Shown here: positions 52,765-64,000 of the stretch, piece by piece
Layout: each line of letters begins with the position of its first letter
Position numbering within the stretch: position 1 is the first letter of the stretch
Made by a program: the position numbers and the translations under genes
Notes under the pieces: model-generated
Databases searched by the model: none
What the model was told of the DNA's origin: nothing
Seen by the model: only the letters and a program-made list of their open reading frames with translations
From: Eledone cirrhosa
Lineage: Eukaryota
Length of the DNA stretch: 64,000 bases
Direction of reading: 5' to 3'
NCBI GenBank assembly: GCA_964016885.1
Contig: OZ024743.1
Location: 257,362,001-257,426,000 of the forward strand

Positions 52765-53390
52765 CAAGTGCTGCATGGTGGAATGAAAATCAGTGCTGTG
52801 AAAACTGATATGCTCGTCCTCTCAAAAAGGCCTGTGCAGTGCACTCTACATGTAAATGGAGTTCTACTGAAGCAGGGAAAGAAGTTCAAGTACCTTGGGG
52901 CCGTGTTTGAGTGCAAGAACAGCAGGAGCTAGTGCAGTAATGTGCCAGCTTCAGCATTCAGTAATCAGAACTATTCATGCCAACCCTTACCTATGGTCAT
53001 AAACATTGGGTAATGACTGAAGAATACGATCGTGAATACAAACAGCTCAAATTTGGATTCTTCCGAAGGGTCCTTAGAGTAACATTACTCGATAGAGTGC
53101 ATAGCTTGGAGATCCGAGAGGCACACCAGGTAGAGCTACTACTTCTACAAATTGAGCGATCACAGCTCCAGCACTATGGGCATGTGTTTAGAATGTCTCA
53201 GGAAAGAATCATTGGACAGATTTTATGGGAAAAACCAACCAGCAGGAGACCCAGGGGTAAACCCCGAGCAAGATGGTTGGATAACATTCATGAGCTCGGC
53301 TAGTTTTGCTTAGGGATCCAGTTGGATCAGTTGGAGATAGTTGCTTCTGACAGGACTCGTGGACAAAGAAGAAGAAAGTGATGAAGAGAA
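52765..53390 (+). mobile_element. RTE LINE (second family) 3' fragment
   Basis: FKYLG, PTLTYGH..W, QHYGHVFRM, RPRGKPRARWLDNI; aligns with 40965-41560. Confidence 0.85.
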
Positions 53391-53806
53391 TGGAACCTAA
53401 AACTGGGGGAACGGTTTAATGTACCAAGATGCCAGCTCTGGTTATATAACATTTCAAGAAATATACAGATATTGCTGTCTGTTTGTATGTATTAATTAGG
53501 TTGCTCTAGGAGCTGGCTGTGATGATCTCAAATGTTCTAGTATGCCTTGACATGAATACATGGTTGGTTATAATGATGGAATAAAACATAGAAATATAGA
53601 AAGATTCCAGTTTAGTAGTACATAATTAACGCACACACATATTATTATCATATTTGTTATTATGGGGATTATTTGCCTGATGGCTAGATATAAATAGCCT
53701 AAACTCAGCCATGGGCAAATAAACTTTATAATAATATCTACACTCTACTTTCCTTAAATATAATGTACTACATTGAATAATGGTTTTACTGGTCCTAACT
53801 AGTAAC

Positions 53807-53869
<63 letters not shown>

Positions 53870-54049
53870 TCTATTTAGCCAATTTTAGCATAGAAAGAAG
53901 TTAAACATTTTTTCTATATGCATGTGTGTATATAATATGTTATAATTGGCTAATATTTTTTATGATTTACAAACACAAAATATGACAGAAAAAGTTGGAT
54001 GGAACTACATTCATGTTTAAATACACACACATTCATATATTATTATATA

Positions 54050-54122
54050 TAATTGTTTCTACCTTTGGCACAAGGCCAGCAATTACCCAGTACATTACTG
54101 GTACTTTATTTTATCGACCCCG
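54050..54122 (-). mobile_element. SINE family A 3' fragment
   Basis: AATTGTTTCTACCTTTGGCACAAGGCCAGC...TTTTATCGACCCCG. Confidence 0.8.
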
Positions 54123-54292
54123 CATATAATGTTATATATTATGTATTATATTATGTATTATAGTGTTTACAGGGAAATACATATATGCATATATGCATAT
54201 ATGTATATATGCGACATATACATAACTACATACTGAAATGCGTGAATTTATATACACATTTATGCAGTCATTGTTATTTCTACTCTGTCTGT

Positions 54293-54328
<36 letters not shown>

Positions 54329-55467
54329 CATTATGTATGTGTATGTAACAGGACCAAATATCCTAATCTCTATACATTTGAATCTAATAAAAACATTGTA
54401 TTTCTAACAAAGCTTGTACAAGATTTTCAACATTCCCAGCCTCATCCTCTTATTATTGTTCTTTTCTGACCAAATCTATATCTATTCGTTTCTATTTCCT
54501 GATAATTCTTGAACTGCAGTATTATTGTCTGCTGAAAACATCAACACTTACTTATCACTAAGTATGTTAATTTGTCTAGTTTAAACAAAACATAACAATT
54601 TTGAATAGAAACACAACAGGGAATATATTACTATCACGTTTGTATTTGAATTTCTTTCAAAGAACGAATTTACTATTTAATATTGTATACACAGTGAATT
54701 AGTGTAATTAATTAAAAGTAAATTTTCCGGCAGTTCAATCGGCCAGCAAATATATATAGGAAAAAGTTTATGTAACAACATTGTGTACAAATGTTTATTT
54801 CATAGATTATAGATAAAGACACACATAACTAGGTGAATATATATATATATATATATATATATTATCATCATCACCACCATCATTTTACATCGACTTTTCT
54901 CATGCTGGTATAGGTTGGGTAGGTCATTTTGAAGCAATATTTTACAGCCGTATGTCCTTCCTGCCACCAACCATTTTAGTTACTTCTTAAGAAGCACAGA
55001 GATAATGTGTATCTATTATAAACTGTATCTATTATACTAGCAAATTAGCCCATCGTTGTCAAGCAATTTTCACCATAGAATGCCTTTCTTTCAATTTTCT
55101 TTATTCTATGTCTGACCATGGCTCCCCAGTGCCCCATCTTCCATCACTTATTCCCTGTGGTCTTTCTATGTGAATCGCCAGTTGTCCCCAAGGTGGTTTC
55201 AATGGAAATTTAATCAGTGGAGTTATACGTTGAAGTGGTATCAGTGGCTTATTGCAGAATTTAGCATGAGCGTCTTCATCTAAACATCAGGTGACCACTG
55301 CGAAAACAACTCTCTGCCTCATAATGAAAATAATGCCCCCTGCTGACAGTGTGGATGGGCAGAATAATAATCTCACATTGAAGGAATGCATGAGATGAAC
55401 AATAAAAGCCAGACTTTTGAAGCCTTTCAGTGACATATACACATACATTCACAAATATATAGTATAT

Positions 55468-55778
55468 ATCATCATCATCATCATCACCGTTTTACGTCCG
55501 TTCTTCCACACTAGCAAGGGTTAGATGGGTTGTCCTGTTGTGGGCAGTGTCTGGTCGGCTGACCATGCCTTGCTCATACAGGAACTGATTTTGGCTTGAT
55601 TTCTACAGCTGGATGCCCTTCCTAACACCAACCTCATTTACAGTGAGTGCTGGGTGCTTTTTCCGTGGCGCCTACACGTCCAATTTACAGTGTGGACTGG
55701 GTGCTTTTTTGCTGTGGCACCTCCACAACCACCTTGCAGTGTGAGGGTATGGGGGCATATGCTTCAGCTTGTACCCAT
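55468..55778 (-). mobile_element. RTE 3' UTR fragment
   Basis: Aligns with 27757-28078; (CAT)n tail. Confidence 0.8.
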
Positions 55779-56249
55779 ATATATATATATATATATATTA
55801 ATTTATAATCCTATAAAGTGAATTATCTCTAATATGCAAACATCTCAATGAAAGGATAAAATATATTAATAAATCATCCACTCAGAGAAGATTTTAAATA
55901 TATTAAACTTAACCAAAATCTCTTTTTGAGGGGGTATAAGCCAAATCGGCTAAAGTTGGCTTTAATTTATACCCCAACCATTGTTTCTGAAACTCAAGAC
56001 ACAACATCAGGAATTCCAAGATATTGGAACAACCAATATTGGAAGAATTTCAATTTCTTCATTGGGAGGTGATTTCTTCTTAGAAATAAGGGGACAAGTT
56101 GAAAATATAACATACATAAAATTACATCGTTAGAGATCATGAACGAGGTGAATATATTCCACTCAAGGTGACATATTGAATTGTCATATTGTCCTAATAC
56201 ATTAAGTAGGAAATATTCATACATTAATTCTGCATTGCAACACATTGTT

Positions 56250-58040
56250 TTGCCATGTGGTCTACTAACAGCATGGTATGTATGATGCACACAGGTATCA
56301 TACAGCCATCCTTTTGTATGTAGGGAGAAACCTTTTGTGGTCAACAGTGGGAGTAGCTCTCTGAGACCTTTCTATCCTATCCTTATTCTAGCTATTATGC
56401 TCTCAGAGCACCCACCTCCACTGCTATTTACGTTGCCTAGATAGCAGAAGCTATCAACCATTTCTATGGCTCCTTCCTATGACTGGAATAGACTTACATT
56501 ATCTTTCCCCTCATATGGAGTTTATGCTTACACCGTTTCTACATATTGAGCAGGGCCAATTCCCTGAAGGAATCGGGGTCCCTATCTTCTCTCCCACTCA
56601 ATAACACTTTAGTTTTGGCTAAGTTTACTCTTAGGCCTTTTGATTCTAAATTTTATTTTCAAAGTCAGAACTTATTTTCTAGATCTTTAATGGATTTGGC
56701 TATAAGGACTAGATCATCTGCATAGAGAAATTTCCATGGGCAGCCAGTCTTAAACTCCTCTGTTATAGCTTGAAGGACTATAATGAATAGTAGTGGGCTA
56801 AGATCCGAATTTTGATGAACTGTTACTTGTACCTTGGATTCCTCATTAAACTCACTTCCTCCTCTCACTTTGCTGACAGCTCCTTTGAACATGGCTTGCA
56901 CTGCTCTCACCAAATATTCTTCTATGTCTAATTTCCTTATCAGGGTACTCTATCAAACTCTTTTTCTAAGTCAACAAAAGCTAGTTATAGTGGCTTATTT
57001 TTGGCTAAGAACTTCTCTTGTAGTTGCCTTACTAAAAAGAGTGTATCTGTAGTACTTTTCCCAGGCATGAAACCAAACTGGATTTCATCTAATTTGACTC
57101 TTTCTCTAATTAGCTGCACTATAACTCTTTCCGTCACTTTCATAACTTGGCATCAACTTTGCCCTTGTAGCAATTTACGATTGTACTGCTGTGCCAGTCA
57201 TTGGACATGACACCATCCTATAATACCTGATTGACTATGCTGGTCACTAGTTTGACTCCTTATTATCTCTGATAATTACTTATTTAATTACTTTAATTAC
57301 TTCTTTAACTCTGTAACTGTCAACTGTAATGGCTAGCCCTTCTATTGGGTAGGTTGGGCTAGTTTCTCCCCCTTCCATTCATTCTCTACATTCATCAGTC
57401 TCTCATAGTAACATTTCCAGGCCTCTTTGTTTTTGAGCATCAGTGGTGCTAAATACACCAGTGTTGTTTATAACACACATTTTCCCAACAGCATCATGAT
57501 TCACACTAATACACTGCCTTGCAATGTGGAACACTTTGTGTCTCTGTTGCTCACATCTCAAGATTTTGGCAAACTTTCTTTCTTCAGCCTCTCTCCGAGT
57601 GGTGTATACATGTCACCAAGCATCTTTCCTAGCCACCAGCTACTGGTTTCTGCTAACCTCATTTGTCCAGTCTTTCCAAGCCTGTCTCTTGGCTTTGATG
57701 GCTCCATCTACTGTGCTGACCTCCACCAGGTCACCTAGCTTGTCACTTCTCTCATCAAATGCATCATGTAGGGCCTTTCTAAACTTATATTTTATTGAGA
57801 TGTCCCTCAGCTCCCATACCCTCCATCTCCATATGTTCCTTTGTGTCTTGTTTTGTCTCATGTTTATTTTGATATCACTTGTGCTGAACAGTGCATTGCG
57901 CCCCAGCGAAGGCCTTAGTATTTATTACAGCCCGTTTGTCTTGTTGTCTAACAAGTAAATAGTCAATTTGACTTTTGTGTTTGTCTGATTGATATGAGAT
58001 TAAGTGGCTGGCTGGCTGGCTGGTTTCTTGAAATTTCTCT
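56250..58040 (-). mobile_element. Degenerate, internally deleted RTE LINE
   Basis: SQIDYLLV (APE end), QFGFMPGK, DLSPLLF, LYADDL, KGWLYDTCV. Confidence 0.85.
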
Positions 58041-58044
58041 ATAG

Positions 58045-58091
<47 letters not shown>

Positions 58092-58622
58092 TAGGGTTTA
58101 AGTGAGAATCTTATATGTGGTTCTTTATAATAAAATGTTATACTAAAATATAACATTAAACTGAATCACATGCGAGGCAATCTACCATTCTGTCTACAAG
58201 AACATTGATTAATGTGCACCTCTCTGCATATATGCATATATAGTTTTATTGTACACTTTGGCTCCTTGGCATACTTTTTAATATATATCTTAATTAACTA
58301 ACAACATGGTAGTTAATTATATGCAAATTTCTACGTCTATTTTAGAATATTATTAAGAACAAATATGTTCATAATCCTATCAAATACGTGTTTCCTTGAG
58401 GGTGTTTAGCTTATATACAAACCTTCTGATAAGAAACCAATTAGGTCTGAAAAGGTGTTTATAATTTTTTTCAATTAACAGGGAATTTTGCATTTCCCCG
58501 AATACTTACATGTCTTGAGGGCGGCTGACCGGGGTAAAAGCTGCTAAATGTTCAGTCGCCCTCATGTCTCTGACTTTCAGCCCCATGGATTTTGTCTATT
58601 ATATTCCTTTGTTATATTTCGA

Positions 58623-58680
58623 ATACCTGATGATGTCACTGGATTCATACTGAACCCGGTCATTGAAATGATCATAGTAT
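58623..58680 (+). ncRNA. Type I hammerhead ribozyme with extended stem II
   Basis: ATAC-CTGATGA-TGTC-ACTGGATTCA-TAC-TGAACCCGGT-CATT-GAAA-TGATCA-TA-GTAT, then AATAAA and (TA)n ~50 nt later. Confidence 0.8.
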
Positions 58681-59282
58681 AATAAACCTTTTAAGGAATT
58701 ACACCAGTCCAGCCTCCTGTTATCTTACAATATATATATATATATATATATATATGAAAAGTGTAATTTACTACACAAAACGAAGGTTATAGAGAAAATT
58801 GAGGTTGGTAATGGCACATGGAATATATAAGAGACAGAATACTTTTTTGTGAAAAAACATATAATTTTATAAGGTAAGGAAATAATAAAGGGTATAAAAA
58901 TGATGGGTCTGCAAAAGCCATCTTTTCAAATGTTGATTAATATTATATATATATATATATATATAGATAAATCTACCAAAAATATACGGTAGAGTCCAAT
59001 CCGTATGAAGAACTCAATGTAATCCAAATATCATGAAAAGAGAAGATGTATTCAAAATTGTTTCGATGAAAATCACAGGAAAACAGAGTCAAGATAAATT
59101 AATAAAAACAATGAAAAAAAACAAAGAAACAGTTCCTTATATTAAAAAATTCATCATTTTACGATCGTTTCTAGGATATATATGTGTGTGTTGGTATGTA
59201 TATCATATAGATTTATGTAAAAATTGTACAAACTATCAGAGGGAATATACATACCTACACATATATATGCTGTCTTCAGAAA

Positions 59283-59470
59283 TAATTGTTTCTATTTTAG
59301 GCACAAGGCCAGCAATTATTCAGTACATTACTGGTACTTTATTTTATCGACCCCGTAAGGATGAAAGGCAAAGTTAACCTCGGTGGGATTTGAACTCAGA
59401 TCATAAAGGGACGTAACTCTATGCTTCAAAGCATGGTGTCTGACTCTCTACCGATACTGCTAATCCACCA
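59283..59470 (-). mobile_element. SINE family A (an inverted partial copy lies at 59725-59827, +)
   Basis: Consensus match including A- and B-boxes. Confidence 0.88.
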
Positions 59471-60499
59471 AATAATGATATTTGTTTATTGAAAAAAAAC
59501 AACAAAGATTTAATATAATAGGTCTGTTTGGGAACAGGTTTTGAATTGACTAATAGAAAAGTAGTAAGTGGTCAAGTTGATAGAATAGTAGTAGTAGAAA
59601 TTTAATTTAGGGGTAGAGGAATGCAGACTTCAGTTTTGAATGGAAAAATACTTTGAATGAAAAGATTACTTTGGGGGTGAAAAGAGGTCAAGCCGGTGAA
59701 AGGTACACGAAAATTTGATGTTATCGAGGTTAACTTTGCTTTTCATCCTTACGGGGTCGATAAAATAAAGTACCAGTAATACACTGGAATAATTGCTGGC
59801 CTTGTGCCAAAAGTAGAAACAGTTATTAAAGAATAATGCTAATGTTAAAATCGAAAGAGAATAACATTTAACATAATGCCAATTTTTAAAATCGAAGGAG
59901 AATAACATTTTAGGGTAAATGTGTTAGTGAGAAATACCAATCTTATTTAAAACACAAGGAATTTAGATCTATAACAAGAAATTAAATTAATTTAATTGAT
60001 AGGTATACTTATAGGGATAAATTTATATTAATTCATATAGATGTGATAAATAAGAGTTAGATGTTATTAAAGAATGTTGTTAAAATCGAAGGAAAAAATT
60101 TGGGGGGGATAAATGTATTAGTGAGAAATAACAAACTACAAGGAATTTAGATTCATAGTAGGAAATTAAAATAGTTTATATGTATACTTATAGGTATTAA
60201 TTTTAGGAAAAGAGAGCTGTAAAAGGGAAATAAAATTATGAAGTTCTCAGTAGTAAAATACTAATTATAGGTTAACTAAATTAAAAATTTAAAAAACTAA
60301 TTATAATAATTAGTATATATAACAATTCTATCTTGACTGCTAGCCACATGATGATTTTCACCCTTTTTTAATTCGTTACTAACGGCGATCAATTTTCAAA
60401 TTCTGGTCCTAACCGAGGGCCTCATGGATAATGCAACAATTAGACGTTTTCACAAAGTATGAGCGAAACTGTTGACAGTCAGACAAGGAGAATTTTTGG

Positions 60500-60765
60500 T
60501 AATGTTTATCTATTTTTTCTTCAAACTTACATTTTAAACTTAGCCCTGTTTAAATGATTATTTGTCTAGTTAATTTCTATGGACTAAGAGGAAAGATTAG
60601 GTAAATTTTATCTGATTGTTCTTCATGAAGAAATATCGATAACATTTATCTGTTATTTCTTCAAAGTTACATTTAAATTTAGCTCCGTTTAAATGATTAT
60701 TTATCTAGTTAATTTCTACAGACTAAGAAGAAAAACTGGGTAAATTTTATCTAGCTGTTCTTCAC
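60500..60765. repeat. Two tandem ~140-bp direct repeats
   Basis: TTCTTCAAASTTACATTT...GTTTAAATGATTATTTRTCTAGTTAATTTCTA...GGTAAATTTTATCT occurs twice. Confidence 0.85.
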
Positions 60766-61009
60766 AGACTGAGTCAGTACTCAAATTAGGCAATTGACAT
60801 CTGATTGGTTCAGAAACTTAATCTCATTCAGATATGATATATATATATATATATTACACATGCTCCAAAAGCAGAACATTTAGAGTCTAGTAATCAGGAT
60901 GCAGAATTGGTATCAAATTCAAAGCCTCATGATTGCAAATAACTTTTTAATCACTCGACCATGCCTACTCTAGATACCTGTGATATGAATGTCAGTTGTG
61001 ATGACTATT

Positions 61010-62244
<1,235 letters not shown>

Positions 62245-62480
62245 GAATCATTTTAATTACTGGATCCCCACTTCCTTCGACCCACCACTTCTTATTAAGC
62301 CGTCTTGAATGAGGAATTCGAAAATAGATATGAAGAATGCTGGATGAAACCGAAGGAGAAGAAGGAGAAATATATCTAGTATGACATACTGTCTTCAATA
62401 TCTACAGGACATATACAGGACTTAAAGTGTTCATAATAGCAATTGTGAACAACTAATTAGCCTTTTACTCTTCATTATAG

Positions 62481-62518
62481 TTAAATTCTACCATGATGAA
62501 TTCTGCAGCCTGAAGAAA
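62481..62518 (+). CDS. Weak candidate micro-exon
   Basis: Pyrimidine-rich acceptor CCTTTTACTCTTCATTATAG, donor AA|GTAAAT, frame xKFYHDEFCSLKK. Confidence 0.25.
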
Positions 62519-62713
62519 GTAAATTATGATTTTCAAGAAATGTTTGCCAGTTTTCAAAATGCTCATTTGCAAACTGATAAAAAGGCTTTTAAAATTATAC
62601 TATATTATATAAGATTCAACATTTTGAAATTTTTATGTTTTAAATTTTCATGTTTTATGATATACTGCCCTTGCAAAATAATGAAGAATATGTTAATTAT
62701 AATATATAACAAG

Positions 62714-62768
62714 ATTTCTCTCTATACACTGAGAAATGAGGAGACAAAAATCTCTGAAATGCAGAAAG
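62714..62768 (+). CDS. Weak candidate exon
   Basis: Donor AG|GTAATT; frame ISLYTLRNEETKISEMQK is phase-compatible with 62481-62518; weak acceptor. Confidence 0.22.
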
Positions 62769-63097
62769 GTAATTCTTATGTCTTCTCTGTATAACAAAAA
62801 GATAACTGAAAGTGTTTACACTTCACTCCTTTGACAGTTTTGTGTATCTGTCTTTTTGTCACACACTAGATGTATACGTTAAATAATACTATATATTCTC
62901 AAGAGTTCTAATGTGTGACAGACAAGGCAATAACCAAGAAACAATATTATTGTCGATTGTTTCTCTCTGTCACCGCTAGGACAAAAGGAGGAGGATGGTC
63001 ATCTAGAACACATAGTGTAATGAGGCTGTTTGCTTGCAAATGAATCGAATATTATCATTATTTGATATAAAACTCACAAATGCATGTATTTAAATAC

Positions 63098-63147
<50 letters not shown>

Positions 63148-63673
63148 AGATGCACATACAGATACATAAGTACATAAGTATATATGTGTATACAGATACA
63201 GATACATAAGTACATAAGTATATATGTGCATGGTGGCCCATCTTGAACAGTTTTGCTCAATGACTGAAATAATTAAAATATTCATTTAATCAGAGCTATC
63301 TATCAAATTATAAATGTGAGGAAAAAATAGGTAAAAATATGCCTATTTTTTCTTCAAAGTCTCGGCAGCAGTTTTTCTGACTGGACAGCTGCAATCATGC
63401 ACTGAAAAAGTGCACCAGTGTTGTGAGACCTCTCAAATGAATTGGCTACTTCTTGAACTAACCGTTACAAGTGAATAATTTTTGGGAGGGAGAAATCATC
63501 ACGTAGTATTGCAGTCAAAGAAGGGAGGTAAAATCTGGACGTTTAACAAGTACCACATTTGCTAGAAAAAGTAGCCAGCACTTTTTCGGTGCACAATTGC
63601 TGCAGACTAGTCAGCAAAACTTTGAAGAAAAAATAGGTATATATTTGTCTATTCTTTCCTCACATTTATAATT

Positions 63674-63713
<40 letters not shown>

Positions 63714-64000
63714 ATATAATAAAACACACCCAGTCTACCGTGTAAAGAAGTAGTACTGGTACCACAAAAAAAAAGCACCCAGTCTCTTCTGTAAGGCAGT
63801 AGTGGTGGTGTCATTAGAAAAGGACCCAATACACCCTGTAAGATGAAGGAACTGTTTGTAATGCTTGTGTCCCTCTCCCAAAGCTCCTAGCTCATGCGGT
63901 AAAGTGCTTAACATTAGGAAGGGCATTCAACCATAGAAAACCAAGCCCAAATGGAGCAGATGAGCAAGAAGTAGTCAGCTGACCAGTCTAGACTCATAAT

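Noticed and set aside
58421-58460. CTGATAAGAAACCAATTAGGTC, a second HHR-like string
   Set aside because: No stem II and a non-canonical core; cannot be distinguished from chance or decay.

Overview
AT-rich, microsatellite-dense animal genomic DNA. The SINE families and (TA)n density suggest an octopus or related cephalopod (inference). The window is almost all mobile-element relics, possibly inside long introns of a + strand host gene, with only a few short candidate exons. Recognisable elements: a near full-length Penelope-like element (PLE; RT + GIY-YIG, 7.8-11.9 kb) and several PLE fragments; an R4/Dong-type LINE (45.6-48.4 kb); an L1/Tx1-type LINE (48.6-50.6 kb); many RTE LINE fragments; three tRNA-derived SINE families; a Helitron-like element; and small MITEs. 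The most striking signal is about 14 hammerhead-ribozyme (HHR) motifs in short, mostly (TA)n-flanked, probably PLE-derived units. Several units are fold-back palindromes with one outward-pointing HHR on each strand. Two diverged copies carry an ~80-nt insert in HHR stem II whose hairpin is supported by compensatory changes. Most listed ORFs are microsatellite artefacts. All structures were folded by eye, coordinates are approximate to a few bases, and no database search was possible.
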